From NCBI GenBank assembly GCA_964016885.1, contig OZ024743.1, forward strand, positions 157,852,001-157,916,000: a stretch of DNA of 64,000 bases. The letters are read 5' to 3'. A program made the position numbers and the translations under genes. The stretch is from Eledone cirrhosa. Its lineage: Eukaryota. Below the pieces are notes generated by a model that searched no databases, was not told where the DNA came from, and saw only the letters and a list, made by a program, of their open reading frames with translations. Each line of letters opens with the position of its first letter. Within the stretch, counting starts at the first letter, position 1. Shown here in pieces: positions 11,830 through 25,135 of this stretch.

Positions 11830-12650
11830 GTGTTTCTTAAATATGTCTGCGAAATAGCTGAATTTACCAATTTACGAAACCAATTCACGCCACGAAAGAT
11901 TTCTGCAAGATATGAGACCTTTTCTTATAAACAAACATTACTTCTTTTTTAAGTTAAATAGTCATCTAAAAATTCGCTGTTTTCACAACTGTCGCCCTTT
12001 GGTTTGCAGTAAAGGTTTAATCAATCAAAAAACCCATATCTTATAAATTATACTGATAGAATGCGTAACCTTTAATTCAAGAGAGGATTTTATCTGCATC
12101 TTATACTACTACAGTTAACTCTGAAGAAATAAATGTTAGTCACTCTCGATGAATCGTGTAAAGATTTGCTTTCATGTTTATCTGTAGCTTAAAATCTTCG
12201 TTTTTCATGTCATGGCTGCTGCGCCATCGGTACGCACACTATGCCAGATTTATTTCCTTTTTAAACTATAATCTATTTTGAGAAAACAAATCTTTACCTG
12301 TTGTTCGCGTATCTAAAAAAAAATACCAATAGTTGATCTCTATTTATTATACCAGTTGATTCATTCCACTGAATCTCAAATTTAAGACTTCCTTCAATGC
12401 TGTCAATAAAAACCACACATTGGTTATTTCTGAAATATTTTTACAAATCATATCATTTGACAATTAGCGTAATTTCTCTGATTCTATATGACTCTAACAA
12501 TACAAACGTTTTCTCAATCATATATGGCTTCTTAACTTTTGTAATTATTTATGAAGCATTACATGATTTTCGTAAGTGTTCTCTCGAACAATTGTACGTT
12601 TCCTTTTCAAAAACTTGCTTTTTGTACACTTTCAAAAATTGATACAGTCT
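11830..12650 (-). pseudogene. hAT (Charlie/Buster-type) transposase relic
   Basis: Minus frames give IQWNEST (LDEST-like), QLLVF.RY, VRTDGAAAM and IHRE; many stops. Confidence 0.7.
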
Positions 12651-12916
12651 TTAAAAAAATAAATATATGACTGCATGGGAAGCATATCTAGTATCAAGAT
12701 GTCTTTATACTTTAATAGGCTTCATAATTACTATCGCCAAATATTCATTACAACTTAAACTGACAGGGCGGTGCTCTTCAAGCATCATATGAAAAGTAAA
12801 TGCATATTGCAAATAACAATTCGTTGCACTTCCTCGCGGGATTATTCTACTTCTACCGATTCATTCACTTTCCGATTCGTGTTAATGCATCAAAGTTCTA
12901 CAGAAACTAATTCTTT

Positions 12917-13097
12917 TGGCAGTATCGGTAGAGGGTCGGACGCCATGCTTTCCAGCATAGTTACGTCCCTTTACGATCTAAGTTCAAATCCAGCCGAGGT
13001 TAACTTTGCCTTTCATCCTTACGGGGTCGATAAAATAAAAGTACCAGTAATGCACTGGGTAATTGCTGGCCTTGTGTCTAAAGTAGAAACAATTATT
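12917..13097 (+). mobile_element. tRNA-SINE
   Basis: Matches 4986-5172 over its length. Confidence 0.9.
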
Positions 13098-16000
13098 TCC
13101 TGCCATATTCTTCTTTGACAATATTAGACATTTATTTAATAGAGTGGTGTTATCAATTATATTCTAATAAAAACATATTTTGGAAATAGCTGAAAGAAAA
13201 TTAAAACTATTAGGGTTAATTTAGTCTGAAAGAATTTATAATTATTTAAAATGTATAAATAATTCAAAAATAAAATATTTCAAAACTTGTTTTTTTTAAT
13301 ATTTATTGAATTCACATTGTATAACATTAAGTTACACTATAAATGGAAACAATGCGTCATTACATAATTGTTACAATTTTAATTATTTCAACAAGCATCT
13401 ATCTACCGCGGCAACACAGTTCTCCGCTTACATATTATATAATTCCAGGTCCAGATTTCAAAATCATAGTTATAAATAAACATCGCCTAAACGCCTTTCA
13501 CAAAAGCAATTCCTTCTCTTAAACAACTAATACATGATACATAATAATCGTAAGGCACAGAGTTCCAAGTGTCGAGAAACACAATACCAAATGCGCTGCA
13601 AATTATAAAATCGACAGTTCATTCTAAATTACAAAAATTAGTATTAGTAATAAAATATATAAACATCGCTTTTACAATACATGGAAGCCATTGCATGCTG
13701 TTGCTCTGGATGTAAAGAGAGTATAGAAGGAAAACTAAACAAAACCAGAACAAGGCTAGTCTCTCTAACTGTTTTTCTGCTCTTCTTGAATTTTCGTTAC
13801 ATACTTGCACTTTGTATTTTATAGGTACATTTTCTTGTAAGTATTTTATTTTTTTAACGTAACATTTTTTTATAAAATCAGATAGAATTCTGTAATAAAC
13901 AATTCAAACAAATTTCAGTATCATTTACAACATTTTCTCGACTTCATATATTCTTTACACGATTCTAGAGGTACTGCAACCCATAGCAATTAGATTATTT
14001 GTCGCTAATATGGCTTAATACAGTTGATGTCTAATTTGAATTCTCTTGTTATTTTACTGGTTTCAGTTATTGGAATGAGGACATGCTGGAGCACCTCTAT
14101 CAAGTATGTTAGTTGGTTACAATGACTCCAGTTATTTGTCTGGAACTAATTTTATCGATCTTTTAAGTTAAAAGAGCGAAGTAAATCTAGGCATAAGGGA
14201 ATTTAGCCGAAACAAAACCAAATATCACAATGTGATTTGTCCAACGGACGGTTTCTATCATCCCATCATTTTTTTTCAATAACTATAAGCTGATACTTTT
14301 TCTGTGACCAGGAATGAATAACTGATCTGTGATGAGTCTGAAATGGAAGCTAAGTCTATTCAGATCTTTCTATCCAAAAAGAGAAAAACTCACGATCATG
14401 CACTGTATTTAACTTTTCCCAGTGACGTTAAATGCGGTGTATGTTTATTATCACTCTGACACACACCTAAATCTTTACCATAATATGTTTCTAGTTATTC
14501 AAATTAAACATTTCAATTTAGTTCTATCCAAGTATATGTATAAAATAAATAATATTTTCTCTGTGACCAGGAATTGGTAATCTCTTAGGATTGTTTAATA
14601 AACGTTCGAGCGTGAAACAAAATGACTGTCGGTATTTGTTCCGGCTTTCTGCATACTGCATTCAAATCTTTCTGATTTCATCTTTGCTTGTCATCCATTC
14701 TCAGTAGATAAAATTAACAATGAGGAATTGGTGGAATTGCTACAGGGTCGGACAAGATGTCTTGCGATATTAGCTTTGGATCTTTGCATTCTGACTTCAA
14801 ATCCCTCTGTGGTCTATCTGGGTGGTAGTCTTAATCCTTTTGGTTCATTTAGCAGAGTTTGTTACAAACATTCGGGCCTTGCCTCCGGTATAGGAATACC
14901 TTCCTTCCCACACCAGTCTCAAAGACTTCTCCCCCACCCCCACCCCCACATAACTAGGAAAACGACAACGATAAATCTGTGGTTTAACTGCGATATCTAA
15001 CTTTGTACAGCAACGCTAGATGTGTATCTTTCCTACAGTGTGCCTTATAATCTAGATATTCTTTGTAGGAAAGTAATGACAAAGAGACCTACAAATTTCT
15101 GGTAGGCTGTACAAATACTGAGAGCTGGATCAAATAAGCAGCTCTGAGATATGAAATGAATTTGAAAAGTGTCATCTTTGAATTCAGTGTTATCTGTTCA
15201 GTTGGCTATAGAGCTGTTTTAAATGTTTGTTTTTTGTTTGTTTGTTTTTTTTGTTTTTTTTTTTTTTATTGCACGTAGGATTACCGTTCACTATATTAAG
15301 TGTTCCGTTAAAACTTGCTTTCATATCGCAAACTGAGATTAGAAATTGCTAGCTGAGGAAATGAACCAAACTTCAATTCGTTCTTCGAGCTAGCAAGGAA
15401 TGTTTTACTTGGCTATTATAGTTCTACTTATATCAACCAAATCTCCCTCAAGTTCCACTCTAACGCATTAAGATAAAAATGTGTTGGATTATGTACTCGT
15501 ATACCAGAGAACAAGAAGGCTTGGTCAAGAATAGAGTACTTTGAACCATAATTCTGCTTGCTCGGGGTTGGACAACAAATTCAAGTGTTCGAATGATACC
15601 GACATTTATCGTTTGAAACAAATAATAACTCTGCAGTATCTGGTGGTGGCCACTAAGGTAATTATATAGTGGACATATATAAAAGATTCGACATCTGAAG
15701 CTAACTTTTCCAATATTACCGTTATTGACTTCTAAAACTTGATACGAGAAGTAATACAAAAGAGAGGCAAAATTTCAATTGGTGTGGAAATAAACTAGAT
15801 TGCTATTAGTGAATAAGTCAAACATATAGTTCAGATTCTAGACTACAATGTAGGAGGAATTAGTCGAAGCGGAACGTGATCTGGGTTGAACACAGCTCTG
15901 TCTTGTCAAAAAAAAACATTTTGTATAGTTTTTTTAAATTATGTTTATAGCTTTATGTTTTAGCTTTGTTTTATTTTTCTGTAGTCATTTTTTTTTTTCA

Positions 16001-16949
16001 TTATATTTTTATGTATTCTTTCTTCAAATCATTTATTACGTGATGGCATTTGAAGAAATTACTATTAATTTTATATGATCATTATTACAACGTACTTTCA
16101 CTGCATAGATGAACATAGTTACGAGTAACTAGCGCGCACGTGAGTATGGTGAGTATGTATATGTGGTGTGTGTGTGTGTGTTTGTGAATTTGTTGTTTTT
16201 GTTTTTTGCTACAATTCATTGGGCTCTTTTCGTGTGTTTTCGTTCTCATTGTATCGATAACATTGTACGAAACACTTGTATAAGTCCAAGTAAAAAGTAA
16301 TTTCCTGCTGTGTTTATGTCTTAAATGTGAGATCTTCGTTATATATTTATCAGTTACTGGTATTACTGTTCTTGTTTTGTTTTTTCTTTTTGTTTTCTCA
16401 CCACAAAGAAAAACTTGTGATTTCCATATTGAACTGTCCCACAAGCTCGACAAAGCTAAGCTAAACTAAGCTCATTAAAGCTAAGGAAAATTGCATTTCC
16501 AGGATTTCGGAAAGACTAAAATGAAGATATTACAAAAACGAACAACGACGTTTTAGGTTAAAACAACAAACCACAAGGTAATGCAAGAGCAGCAATACTT
16601 ACAACTAAATATCATCATCATCATCGTCCACGTCGTTGTCATTGTCATTAGAGCCTCAAATGCTACCACAAATAACAAGGGAACATTTACGTCACCGTGT
16701 GACTGGCTAGAAATAACTGCCAAATCTTGAAATTACATACTAACATCTTGAAAAAGGAGAATATATTTATGGAGACCGCTAAAAAAAGGGATTTTTTATA
16801 GAAGGCATTTGAATATACGTTAATAACACATAAAATATATTGCATTACTCATAAGGTTTTTTATGTATGTAGGAGAATAATATACAGATCACACACACAC
16901 GCATCTGTGTGTGTGATCTGTATATACCACTCACTTTACAAGAGTCAGT

Positions 16950-17285
16950 CCACTTCGTGGTGACATCCGACAGGATGGAGAAGACATTGCTCCGGAGGAT
17001 GGGGAGGAAGACGCGCTGAAACAGCCACTCTACCATGCGGAGCTCACACTTGTGTGTTGTGAGCTCATCCCCGATAGCAGTGTGTAGGGATGTGGTCCGG
17101 GAGCCAAAACCGTCGGAAGTCTCCACTGCTACAGGCTTTACCACAAACCTAGTGAAGCCTGGGCTGGTAGCTGAACGCACCAGTTTGCCACTAGAGGTGT
17201 CGTAACATGTGGCAACCCAGATGAGGGGCCTATCCTTTTAGAACGAGAAGATTGTCAAGCCGTCCTGCCTTTTGCCGCCCCCCAA
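16950..17285 (-). mobile_element. CRE-type element RLE fragment
   Basis: GKRQDGLT, LIWVATCYDT, PVAVETS.GFG, WLFQRVFLPILRSN. Confidence 0.75.
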
Positions 17286-18489
17286 TGATGGTTGACAACA
17301 ACAAACACCAGTACCAGCCTCAACACCAGCATCCATCCTAAAATCCCCTAGAACTACAAGGCACAAAACAATTTTTCTGTCTTAGCGTTTATCCAGTTTT
17401 GTGAAAGGTCTATTCGTGTTATTGATGCAAACTATATGTCGCTTAGAAGTCTCTCCTTGTAACCCAGATGCCAAGTAGTTGTTTACCGCCTTGAAGCGGT
17501 CAATAAGGTATGGCGGAATTTGAACTCAGAAAACAATGATTCAAAAGGGATGTCAAAACCGATGCTATAAGGCATCTCGTTCATCTCTCGCCCCTTTATT
17601 TATCGATCCCCAAAATCTGAAAAGTTGACTTCTGCAAAATTTGACCTCAGAACACAAAGAGCCGGTACTGCCGATTCGACGCCTACCCAACAACAATAAC
17701 GACAACAAATAGTATGGGTCTTCAATAAAGATAGACACACTGGATAATGTAGTCCTACATACACTATACGGTAAGTCCCCAATTTACAAATGAGTTACGA
17801 TCCAAGAGACCGTTTATTAGTTGATTTGTTCGTAAGATGATCGTCTAGTACGAACCTGTAAGCCCATATATGTTACATTGATACTGCATGTTTCCATATG
17901 AGTGATATATACAGTATATAGAGGTATGTATAATATATAATAATTAATTTAAATACTGTAAACCTAATGCCAATAAATTGCTAAAGAAAAAAGTAACTTT
18001 TCAATTCTGCGAAGGCAGAATGGTATCCCATACCGAAGGTACGATTTCGGCTTGTTTTTATGCTGTAAATCAAGTAACCCAGGGTCCTAAAGAGACCACA
18101 AAAACGCGAATTTCAAACTCAGACAATTTTTTTTTCTTCGTGAGACTGTTTGTATCAGCGGAAGTTCGTAAGTTTGATGTTCGATATGTGGGGGCGTACT
18201 GTACTTTAAGATAGATGAGCTTGACTGCCTACGACCACAGTGTGACCTGAGTATAGCAGCAACACTAATACAACTACCAACAACAAAAACAACAAAAACA
18301 AACAATACCCAAATCTTTATTACTACTATCCCTATTAACAAGAGAGCCTCTAAGAGGTTACTTTGAAGGTTAGAAATAGAAGTCGAATTCCCTTAACACA
18401 CATTCTCCACTCTTAGCAAAAAGTACACATTGGTTAATTCAGTCCTAATTATAGCCATGAATGTCTTTCGATATATATCTGTTCAATCA

Positions 18490-18890
18490 ACAACGGACAG
18501 TAAAACCATAACTTCTACCAATACCACTACGAACACCACCACCACCACTTGAAACAACCGACACCACCATTAAAAACATCATTAACATCACTTTCACTAC
18601 TAATAGCAAAACCACCACCAACACGAACACATGGCAAAACCACAACCAACACCGCAACCAACACCGCAACCAACACCACAACCACAACCACCACCAACAC
18701 CACAACCACCACCAACACAACAACCACCGGCATTACCATCATTTTCAGCAGCATCATTACTACCAGACCCCATCACCATTTTCCTGAACACTATTACCTC
18801 TTCCACCACAGACGCAAAGCTTCTAGCATTGCCAAGAACTACAAAAATAATAACAACAACAACAACAAACAAATAAACCACAACCAATAA
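18490..18890. repeat. (CCA/ACA)-rich low-complexity tract
   Basis: Degenerate triplet repeats; ORFs in several frames are artefacts. Confidence 0.85.
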
Positions 18891-19265
18891 GCCGAAAACG
18901 ACCTCCGCCATTGGGACTTTAATAAATCTTCGAATGAATCCCATTTTGCCATCATTAATACTTTTCATACGATTAATGACAAATCGATATTATTCTACTT
19001 CATCTTCTTGATACTGTTAGGAAACCCATTTGCATGCTACACCCGTAAATTTAGTATATTCCTGGATTCGGTATATAGCGTCGCTATGTCTGCACGATCA
19101 GGACATAAATTCTTGTTGAAATAAAACAGAAGACAGACACCTGTACTCATTACACGCACACACACACACTCACACACACACACACACAGACACACACAGA
19201 CACACAGACACGCACACGCGCGCACGTGCACACACACACACACACGTGCGCACACAGAGGCACGG

Positions 19266-19298
<33 letters not shown>

Positions 19299-19487
19299 TG
19301 TGTGTGTTGTGTGTGTAAGTATGTGAGGGTGTATGAATGTATGTGTATATGAAGCTACTTATCTTCAAATTAAATGATTGTGTAGAAGGAAGGGGTCTGT
19401 CTGTATGTCATAGTATATATGTGTGTATACGAAGCCAAAGTACAGATATCTAGATTACAAAGACGAAACTATATCTGTCTCTCTCTC

Positions 19488-19526
<39 letters not shown>

Positions 19527-19734
19527 ATAGATATATACCTATGTACATATATGCATATATACATATGCACTTGTGCACAGATAAATATGGACAAGTTCAT
19601 ACACATTGTGTATGTGAAAACGGAAATAGGAAAACATCTGAATTGTTCATATACTATGGGAAGACTATCTCTCATTCATTATATTGCCTTTTGTTCGGCT
19701 GGTTACAAATGCCTGTCATACACATCTTTCTAGT

Positions 19735-20268
19735 TTATACATACATACATGCATGCATGCACACACACATACATACATACACGCACGCACGCACGCATAC
19801 ACTATACATGTACGCACGCACGCGTACGTACGTACATTCATGCACGCACGCACACATACATACATACATGCATGCATGCATACACACATACATACATAAT
19901 ATACATACGTACAAACATACATACAAACATACATGCACACATGCACACATACAAGCATATTTACATACAGATAGACAGATATACAGATAAACAGACAGAA
20001 GTTCACAATATATACATATGCATACTTCCCTCCATATATTTTCAATATATGCTTAAGCTATCCAAGTCCAGCAGATATGAACAAAATGCCTAATGAACAA
20101 AAGAGACAGCGAAGCTCTTAAACCATCGAGATGCGACCGAAAATGTCGATTATGTTACATTTGTGTGGAATATATGACGCATGAAATGTCATTAATATAA
20201 TTGTTTCTACTTTTGGCACAAGGCACACACACCACACACACCACACACACCACACACACACACACACA

Positions 20269-20331
<63 letters not shown>

Positions 20332-20334
20332 ACA

Positions 20335-20382
<48 letters not shown>

Positions 20383-20433
20383 GCACGCACGCACGCACAC
20401 ACACGCACGCACGCACGCACGCACGCACGCATG

Positions 20434-20526
<93 letters not shown>

Positions 20527-20530
20527 GCAT
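19735..20530. repeat. Compound (CATA)n/(CA)n/(CGCA)n microsatellites
   Basis: Directly visible. Confidence 0.9.
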
Positions 20531-20705
20531 ATATTAGTAAAAAGGAAAATTTTTCCCAGTGAAAAATAGTTTAATCAGGAATAAGTATAAATTAGTAATA
20601 AGTATTGGTTAGTATTCAGTTTAAGTTTTAAGTTTTTACCGGTTGCACATTTCTAATGTTTTCAAAAATAATTTTGAGATAGAGCGCTCGTGATGTTTGC
20701 ACTAA

Positions 20706-20751
<46 letters not shown>

Positions 20752-20758
<7 letters not shown>

Positions 20759-21180
20759 CATTATGAAGAGAGAAGAAACATTAGATATAATTAATAATAA
20801 GATATATCATACCTAAACTCCTTCTTTACTCCTCGACTACGTAGTTTCGTGGAATATAATGCAAAATATCTCGCGTCCTACGGACGTGTTTTGAAACTCT
20901 TAATGAGGTATCCTCTTGATAAGTCGGCAGACCTCACAAAAATTCTATATCTCTGTGATGTAGTGTTTTTGCATAATATGCCACGAAACTACGTAGTCGA
21001 GGAGTAAAGAAGGAGTTTAGGTATGATATATCTTATTATTAATTATATCTAATGTTTCTTCTCTCTTCATAATGTATTATATAGCTCTGATACTGAATCA
21101 ATCTAATCCATTCGGATTATTTTGTCCCAGGTATTCATAGAGTAACATCGGTTGAGGTTGGCACCACTAATTCAAAGATA
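20752..21180 (+). mobile_element. Foldback HHR insert in (TA)n: arms 20752-20866 / 20966-21082 plus ~100 bp tail
   Basis: Near-perfect inverted arms, TA runs on both sides. Confidence 0.85.
20911..21003 (+). ncRNA. Type I HHR motif, core decayed by two transitions
   Basis: UCCUC-UUGAUAA-GUcGGCA...UGCCAC-GAAAC-UACGUA-GUC-GAGGA; palindromic stem III ACUACGUAGU. Confidence 0.75.
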
Positions 21181-21237
21181 TATATGGATATATTCATGAA
21201 TATATAGTTGTCCGCATGTATCTGTGTGTTTCTTTAT

Positions 21238-21278
<41 letters not shown>

Positions 21279-21279
21279 T

Positions 21280-21371
<92 letters not shown>

Positions 21372-21374
<3 letters not shown>

Positions 21375-22826
21375 GTGAAAAATAAAAGTTACGGGCGAAA
21401 GAGAGGAGTATCCGTCGTCAGTTGTCTACGAGGAATCATGGGTATTTCTTCGCGTTAGAGACAATATACCTCAGCCTATAGCGAAACAATAACTAAAATA
21501 AGTTATTGGGATAAAAGAAGGCGGGGGAGAGAGAAAAACTTGTAAACAGACACGAAGGGTGAAGCAAGGTATTAGGAAAAATATCAAGTCAACAACTCGT
21601 TTCGAACATAAGAACGGGCGAATTTTGACGAGAGAGAAAAAAGACACGTCTTAGCCGTAGCAGTGTTAGCGAGAAAAGAGGCTGCGTACAATGGTGGACG
21701 AGGGAGGAAGTGAGCTAGCGCGGAGAGAGGATGACTAATAGAGAGGGAGTGAGTGAAAGTTATACATACGATTATGTATTTCTTCTGCAAGCTTCTTCAT
21801 GTGAAATCGTGTGTTGAAACCGATATTGTTGTATTTGATGTTGATCGTGTTGCCAATATTGACAATAGAAACACACGCACCATATATTTTTCAATTCAGC
21901 TTTATCTTTATTATTCGTTATTCATTCGTTTGTCAAATTTCTTTCGTCACACATTCTGGGACCTCTTCTATGACTATCTGTTGTGTGCCTCCTCTTTTTT
22001 CTTGATCTTAATCTTGTCTTTGTTTTGTTGTGCGTTTTTTGTGTTTCGTATCTGCGCATCTTTTGTGCCTATGTCTTCGATTGTGTCAGTGTTTTTGTAT
22101 TTGCCATATCTATGTGTTTTATGTTTTTTTATCGTTTGCTGTTTTGCTGTTTGAGTCTTTTCTCTCTCTATTCTGTCTTCAGTCGTTAAGTGAGGATAGG
22201 ATCATTATTTCTAGGTTATCTATTGAGCCCTTATGTTTTAGTTTTGCATGTTTTTATAGCACTGATGAGCTTTTCTCCTCCTTAAGTTCTCGCCAACGTT
22301 CCTTTAATCTCTAAAATATAGTATAGGCTGTCTCCTATGTATGTAGTTTTCTTGTTACGGCATCATCCCTCTGTACATCTCCCATAGACTAGGTTTCTTG
22401 ATTTTCAGTTTATCTGTGGGCTTATCTTACAGACTACACAGTTTCTATCAGTACAGGGGGTTTTCCTAAAGGAGTATGCCCTACTGATCCGGGGTTTTAT
22501 GGTAGCTCCTGGTTTTTTTACTACTTTAATCCAAAGATTCATTTTGTCTAAAGCTCATCTAAAAGGATACGCTAGTTCGCCTCTAGAGTAGCTTCGACGA
22601 ATGTGGCAGTCTGGTATTTTTAGTTGTCATACAATAAGTTCGATTCCTCTATCTTTTTCTTAGTTTTTTTTCTATTCTATTCCATGATTTACGCCTGTAT
22701 AATGCACAAATCCCATTCGTATCATCTCCATAATAGTTTGGAATTTAGCCATGGCTCCGTATATATCCGTATGTGGTTCGCAGCTGAGAGAAAAGAGTAC
22801 TCATACCGGAGTAGGATTTTATTAAT
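21372..22826 (-). mobile_element. 5'-truncated Penelope-like element with C-terminal GIY-YIG endonuclease (coding relic ~22170-22800), flanked by (TA)n
   Basis: Minus frames give LYRRKSWNR, FVEAT..GELA, IKVVKKPG, PCTDRNCVVC, SRNLVY, TYIG, RLKE and KHAKLKH; stops and frameshifts present. Confidence 0.75.
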
Positions 22827-23117
22827 ATATATATATATATATGTAAACGGAAAAAATGAAACGACAATTCATTTCCCACTCTTAGTACGGCTGTTACTTA
22901 AATATAAGTATGTATCCGTACATACATATATGTATACAGACGTACAGTAGTATGTATATAAATATATATATATACATACATGCACACATATATATATGTA
23001 CATATGGATTGACCGAACATTTATTATAATGCTCGGTGTGTTTGTAAACAAACATCCCGTATTAAGCCGTAGTGTCTAGCAACCATCGTTGCTCGTTTGT
23101 TCAACACTGACAAAGGA

Positions 23118-23160
23118 ACGCTGTACTAGTTTCAAGCTTATTAGCTATCGTCAGCAACGT
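23118..23160 (-). ncRNA. Minimal type I HHR, intact core
   Basis: ACGUUG-CUGACGA-U-AGCU AAUA AGCU-U-GAAAC-UA-GUA-CAGCGU. Confidence 0.88.
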
Positions 23161-23468
23161 ATACCTTCCTGCCAGATGATTGTCGATATATATATGTACA
23201 TATATATATATGTGTACATGTATGTATATATATATACATACTACTGTACGTCTGTATACATATATGTATGTACGTATACATACTTATATTTAAGTAACAG
23301 CCGTACTAAGAGTGGGAAATGAAATTTCGTTTCATTTTTTCCGTTTATCGTTTTCGGTGCACCCGACCGATTAACCCACTCGATATACAAATTGGGCTAC
23401 TCAGCCGTTAATATGCATAAGGAAAGTATATACTTTCAGACGTTCAATCATCTAGCAGGAAGGTATAG

Positions 23469-23507
23469 GTTGCTGACGATAGCCAATAAGCTTGAAACTA
23501 GTACAGC
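23469..23507 (+). ncRNA. Minimal type I HHR, intact core
   Basis: GUUG-CUGACGA-U-AGC CAAUAA GCU-U-GAAAC-UA-GUA-CAGC; palindromic stem III ACUAGU. Confidence 0.88.
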
Positions 23508-23714
23508 GTTCCTTTGTCAGTGTTGAACAAACGAGCAACGATGGTTGCTAGACACTACGGTTTAATACGGGATGTTTGTTTACAAACACACCGAGCATTA
23601 TAATAAATGTTCGGTGAATCCATACGTACATATATATATATGTGTGTGCATGTATGTATATATACATACATACTACTGTACGTCTGTATACATATATGTA
23701 TGTACGTATACATA

Positions 23715-23761
<47 letters not shown>

Positions 23762-23764
<3 letters not shown>

Positions 23765-24204
23765 AAAGTTTTATATAAAATTGTTGGGTTACAACAAGTA
23801 AATATTTTATAACTGATATAAAGCACTCGACAAGTTTTGGAGTAGATATACGATATTAAACAAATGGAAACTATATTTATAAAACCATATTTATTTCATT
23901 ATAAATATTTCGGGGATACCATATTAAAAATATGGCATGCCTTCTTCAGATAAAATACAATATATAAACAGTTCTATAAATAATTTTGACGTACCATAAA
24001 TATTGACCAACCGTTATGTAAGAAGCTGGTTTTCTTACATAACGGTTGGTCAATATTTATGGTACGTCAAAATTATTTATAGAATTGTTTATATATTGTA
24101 TTTTATCTGAAGAAGGCATGCCATATTTTTAATATGGTATCCCCGAAATATGTATAATGAAATAAATATGGTTTTATAAATATAGTTTCCATTTGTTTAA
24201 TATC

Positions 24205-24209
<5 letters not shown>
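23762..24209. mobile_element. Foldback insert in (TA)n: ~178 bp arms (23847-24024 / 24032-24209), 7 nt loop, one-sided tail
   Basis: About 2 mismatches between arms. Confidence 0.9.
24101..24160 (+). ncRNA. Type I HHR motif (mirror copy on minus at ~23896-23955)
   Basis: CUGAAGA(24107-24113), stem II AUGCCAUAUU/AAUAUGGUAU, GAAAUAU-GUA; stem I is weak and AU-rich. Confidence 0.7.
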
Positions 24210-24239
<30 letters not shown>

Positions 24240-24241
<2 letters not shown>

Positions 24242-24660
24242 GAGAGAGAATAAGAAATTAGAAAGTTTAGATGATAAAGTCCTTTATTGATAAGGGCGTG
24301 ATACATATTTCAAGGACGACATTGGCTACGCAATTCAGCGTAGAAGCTATTGTCATGATCTCATCAGAGAACGTTACATAATAAAGTTACAATCAAGGAG
24401 GTAATCCAAAATTGAAGTGAAAAGGGAACGAACAAACAGTGATGATGGGAACGGGCATTCGATTAATGAACACTGCTGTTTGTCCGTTTCCTTGTAACTT
24501 CAATTTTGGATTACTTCCAATTGTGTAGCTAATGTCGTCCTCGAAATATGTATAACGTCCCTATCAATAAAGGACTTTATCATCTGACCTTTCTATTTCC
24601 TTATTCTGTAACTACTCCGCCACTCAGTTCTTGAATTGAATTACAGCAGTGTTTTACAAT
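24240..24660. mobile_element. Diverged foldback HHR insert between TA runs; right arm internally deleted
   Basis: 24248-24335 inverts to 24519-24608 and 24397-24440 inverts to 24476-24518. Confidence 0.8.
24296..24375 (-). ncRNA. Type I HHR motif with long stem II
   Basis: ACGUUcu-CUGAUGA(24367-24361)-GA..AUGACA..CUACGC/GCGUAG..UGUCGU..UU-GAAAUAU-GUA-U(C/A)ACG. Confidence 0.75.
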
Positions 24661-24933
24661 ATATATATGTGTGTGTATATGTGTGTGTGTATGTGTGTGT
24701 GCGTGTGTAGGTGTGTACATGAATTGGTTTGAGGCATTATTTAAAGACATTGTGATCAAAGTATATTTAGAAGTGATTTAAAAGCCGACCAATGTGAATG
24801 ATGAAATATATAAAACAGAGTGTTCACGATTTCAATAAATCAACATAAAAGATTTTTACGTTGGAGAATCAATGTGGCTCTTTAGCCAATATCTGAAGGC
24901 TGAATTGATCAGTAGAAGCCCAGACAGACAGAC

Positions 24934-25023
<90 letters not shown>

Positions 25024-25033
25024 CGTAGTAGTC

Positions 25034-25093
<60 letters not shown>

Positions 25094-25135
25094 ACGGTAG
25101 TGGTAGTAACGGTAGTGGTAGTGGTGGTGGTGGTA
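24934..25135. repeat. (GTA)n microsatellite
   Basis: Directly visible. Confidence 0.95.

Larger units (their letters stand above)
22842..23720. mobile_element. Retrozyme-like HHR element, monomer ~432 nt: inverted ~340 nt copy plus sense copy longer than one unit, in (TA)n
   Basis: ctactgtacgtctg at 23241 and 23673 (period 432); 22842-23182 is a reverse-complement copy that runs across the monomer junction. Confidence 0.85.

Noticed and set aside
18487-20569. Many long ORFs (poly-T/P/V, HT, CV, YI repeats); likewise near 24869 and 57617
   Set aside because: Translations of microsatellites.
21385-21660. Partial HHR-like strings in the PLE 3' region (CUGACGA at 21415-21421 minus; GAAACgaguuGUU near 21595 minus)
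   Set aside because: The halves are in the wrong order and neither completes a fold.
22363-22407. Two in-frame TGA codons at or near Cys positions of the PLE endonuclease (possible selenocysteine recoding, as in some Naiad PLEs)
   Set aside because: The same relic has TAA/TAG stops and frameshifts and no clear SECIS; simple decay is sufficient.
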